Below are positions 7,277 to 19,387 of a DNA stretch of 64,000 bases, one piece after another. Location of the stretch: the NCBI RefSeq assembly GCF_020402585.1, contig NZ_JADBZH010000125.1, one strand, 5' to 3'. A program made the translations under genes and the position numbers. How positions within the stretch are numbered: the stretch's first letter is position 1; every line of letters starts with the position of its first letter. Under the pieces are notes generated by a model. That model was not told where the DNA came from, made no database searches, and saw only the letters and a list, made by a program, of their open reading frames with translations. Source of the stretch: Phenylobacterium sp. (GTDB taxonomy: Bacteria; Pseudomonadota; Alphaproteobacteria; Caulobacterales; Caulobacteraceae).

Positions 7277-8278
7277 TCAGGGTTGGTCGTTCGTGGCATC
7301 CGGTTCCGAAAAACGGAACCGCGAAACCTCCTCCGCCATCAGTGTCTTCAGCCGGTCCGGGGCCAGGATCTCGATCTCGCCGCGCCAGGTGAAGAGGTGC
7401 CAGCAGAGTTCCAGCAGGCCCCCTGTCCGAAGGCGCAGGAGGAGGCCGCCGTCGGGCTGGGGCTCGAAGGTCTGGCTGGGATGGAAGAGGAAGGAGCGGG
7501 CGAGGTCGGCCGAGCCGGGCCGGACGCGCAGAACGATGTCCTCCGCCGGTTCCTGGAAGACGCCGAAGGACTGGCGGGCGAAGGCGTCCATGTCAAAGCT
7601 TTCGGGGACCTGGGCGGGGCTCTCCAGCACTTCCACCCCGGCCATCCGGTCCAGTCGCCACAGCACGGGATCCGGGGCCCCGATCCGCCGGGCGACGAGG
7701 TAGTAGACCGAGCCGAAGAGAAGACCACAGGGGTCCACGGTCCGCTGGACGGTCTCGGCGCCGCCCCGCGCCGAATAGTCGAAGCGGACCTGCCTCATGG
7801 CCAGCAGGGCGGTCCTCAGCTGTCTCAGCACCTCGGGGTCGCAGGCCGGCCGGGGGCCGGGACGCAGGGCGATGCGCTCTGTCAGGGCCAGAGCCTCCAC
7901 GTCTGCGGCGTAGCGCACCCTCAGCCCCGGCCGGATGCGGGACTCCACCTTGCCCGCCAGGCTGACCAGGTTCTCCGCGCGCCCCTGCAGGCCGTCCCGG
8001 CGCGCCGCCTCCGCGGCGAGGGCGAGGTCGGCCAGTTCCTCCACGGTGGGGGTCTCGAAGAAGGGGTCCAGGCCGCCCGGAATCCGGAAGCGCTTGGCCC
8101 GGCCCTCGCGGATCTCCTCCATCTGCGGGAAGAGGTCGCGCACCGCGTCCCGCATCCGCTCCGCCGTGCGCCGGTCGACGCCGAACTCCGCCGCGATTTC
8201 CTCCAGGGCGAGGCCCTCCGCAGACGCCGCCAGGCGACGGGCGAGGTGGAGGAGGGCGGTGGCCTTATCGAGGCGCAT
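7277..8278 (-). CDS. WYL domain-containing transcriptional regulator (HTH-WYL-WCX architecture)
   Basis: N-terminal HTH (LEEIAAEFGVDRRTAERMRDAV), a WYL-type core (SVYYLVARRIG...LWRLDRM) and a C-terminal extension. Confidence 0.8.
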   Translation of the reverse strand: MRLDKATALLHLARRLAASAEGLALEEIAAEFGVDRRTAERMRDAVRDLFPQMEEIREGRAKRFRIPGGLDPFFETPTVEELADLALAAEAARRDGLQGRAENLVSLAGKVESRIRPGLRVRYAADVEALALTERIALRPGPRPACDPEVLRQLRTALLAMRQVRFDYSARGGAETVQRTVDPCGLLFGSVYYLVARRIGAPDPVLWRLDRMAGVEVLESPAQVPESFDMDAFARQSFGVFQEPAEDIVLRVRPGSADLARSFLFHPSQTFEPQPDGGLLLRLRTGGLLELCWHLFTWRGEIEILAPDRLKTLMAEEVSRFRFSEPDATNDQP

Positions 8279-8400
8279 GGAGGGCTCCGGACCGTGGACG
8301 GGACGCCGGACCCTGTCCCCGCCGGACGCCGGAGATCAAGGTCCCGCCGGGCCTCGGGCGAAAACCTGCGACCGATTCTGTCGTTCCGGGGGAGGCTTCT

Positions 8401-11400
8401 CTACCAGGTGTCGATCCAGGCCCGCTTCTTGCCGGCCCGCGCCGGCTGGGGATTGGCTTTCAGGCCCATGGCCAGCCACCTGCGGGAGTCGGCCGGGTCG
8501 ATGACATCGTCGACCTCGAAGACCGTGCCGGCGTTCACCGCCCGCGCCCAGTCATAGGCGTCGGCCACCCACTTGTCGTAGAGGGCCCGCCGGGCCGGGA
8601 TGTCCTCGATGGCCTGCAGCTCGCCCCGGCGTCCCAGCTTGATCTGGCCTTCCAGCCCCATGCCGGCGAACTCGCCGGTGGGCCAGGCCACCGAGAAGAA
8701 GGTCTCGTCGAAGCTTCCCGCCGCCATGGCGATGGCGCCCAGGCCATAGGCCTTGCGCAGAACGATGTTGAAGACCGGGGTCGTGATGTTGGCGCCGGCC
8801 ACATACATCCGGGCGCAGTGGCGGATGAGGGCGGTCTTCTCGGCCTCGGGCCCCACCATGTTCCCGGGAGTGTCGATCAGGGACAGGAGGGGAATGTCGA
8901 AGGCGTCGCACAGCTGCATGAACCGGCTGGCCTTGTCGGCCCCGACGCTCTCGATGGCCCCGCCCGAGGTGGAGTTGCAGTTGTTGGCGATCACCCCGAC
9001 CGTCCGGCCCTCGATCCGGATCAGGGCGGTGACCATGGAGGTCGCCCAGCGCGGCCTCAGCTCCAGCATGGAGCCCACGTCGGCCAGGGTCTCGATGACC
9101 TTGCGGATGTCGTAGACCGCCCGGCGGTTCTCCGGGACGATGTGCCGCAGGGGCCTCTGGTCGTGGGCGGTCCAGCCCGAAACGGGCCCCTGGAAGTAGG
9201 ACAGGTAGGTCTTGGCCAGGGCGACGGCCTCAACCTCGTCCTCGGCCAGCAGGTCGATGACCCCGTTCGGCTCCTGGATGGAGACCGGCCCCACCTCGTC
9301 GGGCGAATAGGCCCCCAGGCCGCCGCCCTCGATCATGGCCGGACCGCCGATCCCCATGGAGGAATCCTTGGTGGCGATGATGACGTCGCAGGCGCCCAGC
9401 AGCACCACATTGCCGGCGAAGCAGTAGCCGGAGTTGATCCCGACGATGGGCACCAGCCCGGACAGCTTGCCCAGCTCGCGCCAGGTCCGGGTCGACAGCC
9501 CGCCCAGGGAGGTGACCCCGGACGAGCCGATGGGCGGGCCAGAGCCTCCGCCCGTACGGCCGCCGCCACCTTCCGAGAACAGCACCACCGGCAGCTTGCT
9601 GTGCTGGGCCACCCGCAGCATCCGGTCGGTCTTCTGGTGGCTCTTGGTCCCCTGGGTCCCGGCCAGGACCGTGTAGTCGTAGGCCACGACGGCGCAGCGG
9701 GCGGCCTCGGGACCGAAGAGGTCGCCATTCACCTGCCCGACACCGATCACCATGCCGTCGGCCGAGGTGCGCACAAGGCGCTCCTCAAGCACCTCCTGGG
9801 TGTCTGACCGCATCCGGCTGGCGGTGACCAGGGGGCCGTACTCGATGAAGCTGTCCGGATCGCAGAGGTCGGCCACGTTCTCCCGGGCGGTGCGGCGGTT
9901 CTGGGCCCGCCTCCGGCCCACGGCCTGGGGCCGCCCGGCGTCGCTGGCCAGGAAGTGCAGGCGCTGGACCTCGGCGAGGTCGGGGCGGATCTCGTCCGGG
10001 TCCGGGGCCCGGGCGCCGACATAGTCGCCCTCCACCTCGGCGGGCTCCACGAACAGGAGAGGGGTATCCTCGAAGACCGTGTCGCCAGGCTCCAGCGTGA
10101 CCTCGCGGACCACGCCTGAGACCTCGGAGACGATGACGTGCTCCATCTTCAGGGCCTCCATCACCGCCACGGGCTGGCCGGCGCGGACGGTGTCGCCGAC
10201 GGCGACGGAGAGGCTGAGGACCAGCCCCTGGAGGGGGGTCAGGACCGCCACGGTTCCGGCGGGCCCCTGCGCGGCCTCGCGGGGGGCGGCGAGGTCGGGC
10301 GCCGGCCTCGCGCCGCCGTCGCCCGGCTTCACGGACAGGACCGCCAGGGGATCGACCAGGTCGATCTTCGCCCCCGCCTTGCGCACCGCGCCGCCGGCCG
10401 GCTCGAAGTAGCGCGCCCGCGCGGCCTCGGCGGCCAGCAGGTCCGCCGCGTGCTCCTCCACATAGCGCGTGTGCAGGGTCCCCGCCGGCAGGGCGTCGCT
10501 GGCCAGCAGGGCGTCCAGGAAGTCGATGTTGGTCTTCACCCCGCCGATCTTGAACTCCGACAGGGCGCGCCGGGCCCGGGCCGTCGCCGCCGCAAGGTCG
10601 CGACCGTGGGTGATGACCTTGGCCAGCAGGGAGTCATACCGCGTCGGGGTGGCGTAGCCGGCATAGCCGTAGCCATCGACCCGGACCCCGGGCCCCGAGG
10701 GCGGATCGTAGGCGCTCAGGACGCCGCCCGAGGGGCGCGAGCCGCCGTCGGCGGTCATGGTCTCGAGGTTGACCCGCGCCTGGACCGCCGCCCCCTGGGG
10801 CGCGGGCGCGCCCCCGGCAAGCCCCAGGTCCGCCAGCCGGGCGCCGTCGGCGATGCGCAGCTGAAGCTCCACGAGGTCCAGGCCAAGGACCATCTCGGTC
10901 ACCGTGTGCTCCACCTGCAGGCGGGCGTTGGCTTCGATGAAGGCGAAGCGGGGCGGCGCGCCCGGCCGGGCGTCCACCAGGAACTCGATGGTTCCGAGAC
11001 CGCGGTATCCGGCGGCCTGTCCCAGCGCGACCGCCGCCGCGAGCATCTCCTGGCGCAGGGCTTCCGACAGGCCGAAGGCGGGGGCGATCTCGGTCACCTT
11101 CTGCCTCTGGCGCTGCAGCGAGCACTCGCGGTCCCACAGGTGGATGACCACGCCCTCGCCGTCGCCCAGGATCTGGACCTCGATGTGCCGGGCCCGGGGC
11201 ATCAGTTCCTCCACATAGAGGTCGCCCGAACCGAAGGCGGTCTTCGCCTCCGAGGTCGCCCGCTCGAAGGCGGCGGGGAGGTCCGCCGGGTCGCTGACCG
11301 GCCGCATGCCGCGCCCGCCGCCGCCGGCCACCGCCTTCAGCATCACCGCACCCCCGGCGCCGAGGGAGGCCAGGAAGGCCTGCGCCTCGTCCAGGGTGAC

Positions 11401-11808
11401 CGGACGACTGATCCCGGCCAGAAGGGGAACCGCGCAGGACTCCGCCAGGGCCCGGGCGGCGGCCTTATCGCCGAACAGGCGCAGGCTCTCTGGACTGGGG
11501 CCGACGAAGGTCAGGCCCGCCACCTCGCAGGCGCGGGCGAAATCGGCGTTCTCGCTCAGGAAGCCATAGCCGGGATGGACGGCGTCGCAGCCGGTCGCCC
11601 GCGCCGCAGCGATCATGCCCTCAATGTCCAGATAGGCGGCCACCCCGGTGCGGCCCAGGGCCGCCGCCTCGTCCGCGACCCGGACGTGCAGCGAGGCGGC
11701 GTCATCGTCGGCGTGGACCGCCACCGTCCCGATCCCGAGGTCTGCGGCGGTGCGGGCGATCCGGATGGCGATCTCGCCGCGGTTGGCGATCAGCAGGCGC
11801 TTGGGCAT
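8401..11808 (-). CDS. Single-chain acyl-CoA carboxylase (biotin carboxylase + BCCP + carboxyltransferase fusion, LCC-like)
   Basis: 1135 aa. N-terminal BC domain (MPKRLLIANRGEIAIRIARTA), biotinyl motif EALKMEH, and a C-terminal carboxyltransferase domain. Confidence 0.9.
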   Translation of the reverse strand: MPKRLLIANRGEIAIRIARTAADLGIGTVAVHADDDAASLHVRVADEAAALGRTGVAAYLDIEGMIAAARATGCDAVHPGYGFLSENADFARACEVAGLTFVGPSPESLRLFGDKAAARALAESCAVPLLAGISRPVTLDEAQAFLASLGAGGAVMLKAVAGGGGRGMRPVSDPADLPAAFERATSEAKTAFGSGDLYVEELMPRARHIEVQILGDGEGVVIHLWDRECSLQRQRQKVTEIAPAFGLSEALRQEMLAAAVALGQAAGYRGLGTIEFLVDARPGAPPRFAFIEANARLQVEHTVTEMVLGLDLVELQLRIADGARLADLGLAGGAPAPQGAAVQARVNLETMTADGGSRPSGGVLSAYDPPSGPGVRVDGYGYAGYATPTRYDSLLAKVITHGRDLAAATARARRALSEFKIGGVKTNIDFLDALLASDALPAGTLHTRYVEEHAADLLAAEAARARYFEPAGGAVRKAGAKIDLVDPLAVLSVKPGDGGARPAPDLAAPREAAQGPAGTVAVLTPLQGLVLSLSVAVGDTVRAGQPVAVMEALKMEHVIVSEVSGVVREVTLEPGDTVFEDTPLLFVEPAEVEGDYVGARAPDPDEIRPDLAEVQRLHFLASDAGRPQAVGRRRAQNRRTARENVADLCDPDSFIEYGPLVTASRMRSDTQEVLEERLVRTSADGMVIGVGQVNGDLFGPEAARCAVVAYDYTVLAGTQGTKSHQKTDRMLRVAQHSKLPVVLFSEGGGGRTGGGSGPPIGSSGVTSLGGLSTRTWRELGKLSGLVPIVGINSGYCFAGNVVLLGACDVIIATKDSSMGIGGPAMIEGGGLGAYSPDEVGPVSIQEPNGVIDLLAEDEVEAVALAKTYLSYFQGPVSGWTAHDQRPLRHIVPENRRAVYDIRKVIETLADVGSMLELRPRWATSMVTALIRIEGRTVGVIANNCNSTSGGAIESVGADKASRFMQLCDAFDIPLLSLIDTPGNMVGPEAEKTALIRHCARMYVAGANITTPVFNIVLRKAYGLGAIAMAAGSFDETFFSVAWPTGEFAGMGLEGQIKLGRRGELQAIEDIPARRALYDKWVADAYDWARAVNAGTVFEVDDVIDPADSRRWLAMGLKANPQPARAGKKRAWIDTW

Positions 11809-11990
11809 GGGGCTCGTACCTCCGAGGCGACCGTCTGGTGCGGCCTTTTCCCCACCTTAGCACCAGACCCCAGGGGCAAGGCCAGAGCCAGGGGGCTCCG
11901 GGGCTCGCAAGGCCCGCCGGGCTCGGCTAGGCTCGCCGGCGAGCGGGCGCAGGAGGCGGCGAAGACAGACATGGGGCGCCGGAGCCGGTC

Positions 11991-12980
11991 ATGAAGGCGG
12001 TCTGGTACGAGCGCACGGGCCCGGCGCAGGAGGTGCTGGAGTTCGGCGAAGTTCCCACCCCAACGCCGGGGCGGGGCCAGGTGCTGATCCGCATCCACGC
12101 CTCGGGGGTCAACCCCTCGGACGCCGGCATGCGGGCGGGGCCCGCGCCCATGGCTTATCCTCGCATCATCCCCAACAGCGATGGCGCCGGGGTGGTGGAG
12201 GCGGTGGGTCCGGAGACGTCGCCCGGGTGGGTCGGCCGTCGGGTCTGGTTCTACAATGGCCAGAGGAACGGCCGGGCCTTCGGCTCTGCGGCGGAGTACA
12301 TCGAGCTCGACGCCGACCTCGTCACCCCCCTTCCCGACGCGGTGTCCTTCGCTGAGGGCGCGACGCTTGGCATTCCCTGCATGACCGCCCACCGCAGCCT
12401 GTTCGTCGCCGGGCCGGTGCAGGGCCGGACGGTGCTGGTTACGGGCGGGGCGGGGGCGGTGGGCCTCTACGCCGTCCAGCTGGCCAGATGGGCGGGCGCC
12501 ACCGTCATCGCCACCGTCAGCAGCCAGGCCAAGGCGGACAGGGCGCAGGAGGCCGGCGCCGACCTCGTCATCAACTACCGTTCGGAGGATGTGGTCGCCC
12601 GGGTCCGCGACTTCACCGGCGGGGCCGGCGTGGACCATGTGGTCGACGTTGACTTCGGCGGGAACCTTCCCGTGACCCTGGCCTGCGTGAAGGTGAACGG
12701 CGCCATCGCCTTCTACGCCACCAAGGGCGAGCCCCGGCCCCTCGTCCCCGCCGGCGACCTCATGCGCCTGAACCTGAACGTCCACGGGGTCTACCTGCCC
12801 ATCAGTCCCCATGAGGCCCGGCGCCGGGCCCAGGCCGACATCCTGCAGTGGATCTCCACGGGCGCCCGGATCCTGCCGGTCGCCGGCCGCCACGCCCTGA
12901 AGGACTGCGCCGGCGCCCATGAACAGGTGGAGTCCGGGACCAAGGCGGGCACGGTGGTGGTGGAGCCCTTCGGACCGTGA
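11991..12980 (+). CDS. NADPH:quinone oxidoreductase / zinc-type medium-chain dehydrogenase family
   Basis: MDR fold with a VLVTGGAGAVGLYAVQLA nucleotide-binding motif. Confidence 0.8.
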   Translation: MKAVWYERTGPAQEVLEFGEVPTPTPGRGQVLIRIHASGVNPSDAGMRAGPAPMAYPRIIPNSDGAGVVEAVGPETSPGWVGRRVWFYNGQRNGRAFGSAAEYIELDADLVTPLPDAVSFAEGATLGIPCMTAHRSLFVAGPVQGRTVLVTGGAGAVGLYAVQLARWAGATVIATVSSQAKADRAQEAGADLVINYRSEDVVARVRDFTGGAGVDHVVDVDFGGNLPVTLACVKVNGAIAFYATKGEPRPLVPAGDLMRLNLNVHGVYLPISPHEARRRAQADILQWISTGARILPVAGRHALKDCAGAHEQVESGTKAGTVVVEPFGP

Positions 12981-13354
12981 TGGCCGCCGCGGACGCCATC
13001 CAGGCCCGGCGGCGGCTGACCAACCGGTTTATCGCCGGGCGGGAGGCCGCGCGGCTTGGGCCGGTCTTCCTGCCGGCGGCGGTGGTGATCGCCGGAGACG
13101 GCTCGGTCATCACGGGCCGCGAGGCCATCCTGTCCGCCTTCGCCGGCCAGTTCGCAGACCCCGGTTTCGGCGGATATGTCCGCACCCCTGAGCGCATCGA
13201 GGTGGACGCCGGAGGCGATCGCGCCGCCGAGCACGGCCGATGGACCGCCAGCTGGAAGGACGCCCCGCCCCAGTCCGGCCCCTACCTCGCCGTCTGGCGG
13301 AAGGTCACAGGACAGTGGATGATCGAGTCCGAGACCTTCGTGACCACAGGCTGA
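12977..13354 (+). CDS. NTF2-like (SnoaL/DUF4440-type) protein
   Basis: 125-aa ORF overlapping the upstream stop (GTGATG). The C-terminal WRKVTGQWMI pattern is typical of the NTF2 fold. Confidence 0.6.
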   Translation: MMAAADAIQARRRLTNRFIAGREAARLGPVFLPAAVVIAGDGSVITGREAILSAFAGQFADPGFGGYVRTPERIEVDAGGDRAAEHGRWTASWKDAPPQSGPYLAVWRKVTGQWMIESETFVTTG

Positions 13355-13364
13355 GGAGCCGCCC

Positions 13365-13730
13365 ATGCCCGCGACCCTCTACGGCATCAAGGCCTGCGAC
13401 ACGGTGGCCAAGGCCCGCGCCTGGCTGGCGGACCGGGGCGTGGCCTACGACTTCCATGACTACAAGACGGCGGGCATCGACGCCGCCCGGCTCGCCGCCT
13501 GGATCGATGAGTTCGGCTGGGAAAAGGTCCTGAACCGGGCCGGAACCACCTTCCGCAAGCTGCCAGAGGCGGACCGGACGGGCCTGGACGCCGCCAGGGC
13601 CATCGCCCTGATGGTCGCCCAGCCGTCGATGATCAAACGCCCCCTGCTCGATCTGGGGGATCGGCGGGTCCTGGGGTTCCGGCCGGAGACCTATGAAGAG
13701 GCCTTGGCTGGAAAGGCGCCCCGGGACTGA
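13365..13730 (+). CDS. ArsC/Spx family reductase (YffB-like)
   Basis: N-terminal LYGIKACDTVAKARAWL redox motif; 121 aa. Confidence 0.8.
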   Translation: MPATLYGIKACDTVAKARAWLADRGVAYDFHDYKTAGIDAARLAAWIDEFGWEKVLNRAGTTFRKLPEADRTGLDAARAIALMVAQPSMIKRPLLDLGDRRVLGFRPETYEEALAGKAPRD

Positions 13731-13746
13731 CGGCGGGGCCGCCGGC

Positions 13747-16503
<2,757 letters not shown>

Positions 16504-16726
16504 GGGATGAATCCGGACCTGTACGGGATGAGGGAGCGGCGCTTCGGCGAGGCCTGCCGGGAACCCGGAAAACCCGCTTCCCCCGGGGTGCGGGTGACTT
16601 AAGCAGCCCCCCCCTGCCTGTCAACGCAGGGCGCCCTGACCTTGGGGCCCGCCGCCGTGCTTTGCAGGGCGCGCCGGAAGGTCTAGGGACAGGGTCCAGT
16701 TCGCTTCCGCAAGGTTTTCCGACGAT

Positions 16727-17683
16727 ATGCTGCAGGTCGGCTCTCCCCTTCGCCCCCAGCGCCTCCTGGCGGGTCTCCTGGCGATCGCCTGCCTGGGCCT
16801 TGCCGGATGCCAGGGGCGCGAGCGCTCGGACTCACCGCCGGAGGCTGGCGACGTCGTGGTCGCCAGGGTCAATGGCGTTCCCGTCTGGACCTCGGACGTC
16901 AAGCGCGAGGCGGTCGCCCAGGGCCTGATCGGCGAGGGCGAGCCCCTGGACCCGGCGTCTGAGCAATTCCGGCGCACCACCGATGAGGTGATCGACCGTC
17001 GTCTGCTGGCGGCCGAGGCGTCCAAACGCAAGCTGGACCGGGACCCCGCCGTCCAGACGCGACTCGCCGCCGCCCGGGAGCGGATCCTCGCGGACCTGGT
17101 GGTCGACTCCACAGTGACGGGGGCCATCAGCGAGTCCGCCATCCGCGGCCTCTACCAGGAGCAGGTGCGGCTTTCCCGCCAGACCGAAGAGATCCGGGCT
17201 CGCCAGATCGTCGTGGCGACCCAGGCCGAAGCCGACGCGATCCGCAAGCTGCTGGGCTCGGGCGGGTCCTTTGAGGCCCTGGCGATGGAGAGATCGCTGG
17301 ACGCCGCGACACGGTTCAACGGCGGCGACCTGGGATACTTCACCGCCGACATCATGCCCGACTCCTACGAGGCGGCCCTGAAGTCCGCCAAGGCGGGCCA
17401 GACCATCGGCCCCTTCCAGGTCGAGGGCGGCTGGGCGCTGGTCAAGGTCGAAGACCGCCGGCCGGAGCAGCCCATCACCCTTGAGGCGGCGCGTCCGCAG
17501 ATCGTCCGCTTCCTGACCTACGATCAGATCCGCGACCTCCTGGAGAAGCTGAGGGGCCAGGCCAAGGTCCAGACCTTCCTGACGACAACGCCGGATGTGC
17601 CCGGACAGCCCCGCGAACCGGCTTCGGGAACGCCTGCGCCGCAAGACAAACCTCAAGGCAAGACGGAGGGGACCCCGCCATGA
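16727..17683 (+). CDS. Peptidyl-prolyl cis-trans isomerase (parvulin/SurA-like), lipoprotein signal
   Basis: Lipobox LGLAGC and a parvulin domain (RARQIVV...GGDLGYF...GWALVKVEDRR). Confidence 0.8.
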   Translation: MLQVGSPLRPQRLLAGLLAIACLGLAGCQGRERSDSPPEAGDVVVARVNGVPVWTSDVKREAVAQGLIGEGEPLDPASEQFRRTTDEVIDRRLLAAEASKRKLDRDPAVQTRLAAARERILADLVVDSTVTGAISESAIRGLYQEQVRLSRQTEEIRARQIVVATQAEADAIRKLLGSGGSFEALAMERSLDAATRFNGGDLGYFTADIMPDSYEAALKSAKAGQTIGPFQVEGGWALVKVEDRRPEQPITLEAARPQIVRFLTYDQIRDLLEKLRGQAKVQTFLTTTPDVPGQPREPASGTPAPQDKPQGKTEGTPP

Positions 17684-19119
17684 GCCGCAAGCCGACGCCG
17701 CCGGAGTCCGGGTCCACGCGCCGCCGCGCCGCTCCCAAGCCCGTGGAGGCGGTGGGCCAGACCCTGGAACGCGCCCTGGACCCGCTGGCCTCCGCCCTCA
17801 AGCGCGCCGCCCTGCTGCGGGCTGACCGCCAGTCGCGGGCCTTTGACAAGCCTGCCGACGCCCCTGTTGCGCCGGCCAAGGGCGCCCTGCCGGTCTCGCC
17901 CCTGGCGGTTCCCTTCCCGCACATCCCGCCTATCGCCGGGGTCGAGATCGCCACGGGCCGGGCCGGCTTCTACAAGCACGAGCGCGAGGACCTGCTCGTC
18001 ATGCGCTTCGCCGAGGGCACGAGCGTCGCCGGCGTCTTCACCCGCCATGGCGTGGGCTCCGCGCCAGTGGACTGGTGCCGGCGGGCCCTGGCCCAGTCGC
18101 AGGGCGAGGACGCCCGGGCCCTGGTGGTCAACGCCGGTTGCGCCAACGCCTTCACGGGCAAGCCCGGTGCGGACGCCGCCCGGCGGGTCGCCTCGGCGGT
18201 GGCCAAGCGGTTCGACTGCCGCCAGCGCGACGTCATGCTGGCTTCGACGGGGGTGATCGGCGTGCTGCTGGACGACGCAAAGATCGTTCAGCGCCTGCCG
18301 GAGGTCGAGACGGCCCTCGCTGCCGACGCCTGGGCCGGTGCGGCCCGGGCGATCATGACCACCGACACGTTTCCGAAAGGCGCTTTCGCTAAGGCCGAGA
18401 TCGACGGAAAGACGGTTCGCATCGCCGGCATCTGCAAGGGCTCGGGCATGATCGCGCCGGACATGGCCACCATGCTGGCCTTCGTCGCCACCGACGCCGA
18501 CATCGCGCCGAACGCACTGCAGAACCTGGCCAGCCTCTACACCCGCTCCACCTTCAACTGCGTGACGGTGGATGGCGACCGCTCGACCAACGACACCCTC
18601 CTGCTCTTCGCCACCGGCCAGTCCGATGCGCCGCGCATCAGCCGCGCGGGCGACCGGCGGCTCGCGGACTTCCGGGAAAAGCTCGAGGCGGTCCTGCTGG
18701 ACCTGGCCCTGCAGCTGGTGCGGGACGGGGAGGGGGCGACCAAGTTCGTGCGCATCAATGTCTCGGGCGCCGAAAGCCCCGCCTCGGCGCGCAAGATCGC
18801 CCGGACCATCGCCGAGAGCCCCCTGGTCAAGACCGCCTTCGCCGGCGAGGACGCCAACTGGGGCCGGATCGTCATGGCGGTCGGCCGGGCGGATGAGCCC
18901 ATCGACCGGACGCGCCTCAAGGTCCAGTTCGGCCCCTTGGTCGCCGCCCAGGACGGCCTCATCTCGCCGACCTACGACGAGGCGAAGATGAGCGCCTACA
19001 TGAAGAAGGACGAGCTGGAGGTCAGCGTCGATGTCGGCGTCGGACGCGGTTCGGCGACCATCTGGACCTGCGATCTGACCAAGCAGTACGTGGCGATCAA
19101 CGGCGACTACCGGAGCTAG
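17680..19119 (+). CDS. argJ: Bifunctional glutamate N-acetyltransferase / amino-acid acetyltransferase ArgJ
   Basis: Conserved ArgJ core including the MLAFVATDA autoprocessing region. ATGA overlap with the upstream gene. An unusually long Ala/Pro/Arg-rich N-terminus; in-frame GTG alternatives lie ~21-25 codons downstream. Confidence 0.9.
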   Translation: MSRKPTPPESGSTRRRAAPKPVEAVGQTLERALDPLASALKRAALLRADRQSRAFDKPADAPVAPAKGALPVSPLAVPFPHIPPIAGVEIATGRAGFYKHEREDLLVMRFAEGTSVAGVFTRHGVGSAPVDWCRRALAQSQGEDARALVVNAGCANAFTGKPGADAARRVASAVAKRFDCRQRDVMLASTGVIGVLLDDAKIVQRLPEVETALAADAWAGAARAIMTTDTFPKGAFAKAEIDGKTVRIAGICKGSGMIAPDMATMLAFVATDADIAPNALQNLASLYTRSTFNCVTVDGDRSTNDTLLLFATGQSDAPRISRAGDRRLADFREKLEAVLLDLALQLVRDGEGATKFVRINVSGAESPASARKIARTIAESPLVKTAFAGEDANWGRIVMAVGRADEPIDRTRLKVQFGPLVAAQDGLISPTYDEAKMSAYMKKDELEVSVDVGVGRGSATIWTCDLTKQYVAINGDYRS

Positions 19120-19127
19120 CCTCCGCC

Positions 19128-19335
19128 TGACCCCCTCATCTGGCTCCGTGATTCCTCCCCCAAGGGGGAGGTGGCGCGCGCAGCGCGTCGGAGGGGGTCA
19201 GCTGAGGGGCCGTTGACCCCCTCAGTCAGCTTCGCTGACAGCTCCCCCTTGGGGGAGCAATGGCTCTGTCATTCCTCCCCCCAGGGGGAGGTGGACCGCG
19301 CAGCGGGCCGGAGGGGGTCAGCTGAGCCGCCGCTT
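19128..19335. repeat. Hairpin-repeat array (same family as 6491..6835, opposite orientation, ~1.5 units)
   Basis: attcctcccccaagggggaggtggcgcgcgcagcgcgtcggagggggtcagctgaggggccgttgaccccctcagtcagc... is the reverse complement of the unit at 6491..6835. It lies between the convergent argJ and helicase genes. Confidence 0.85.
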
Positions 19336-19387
19336 TTCCTCACTCGAGCGGGAGAGCGTCCCCTTAGCGGCCTGAAGGCGCCTCTCC

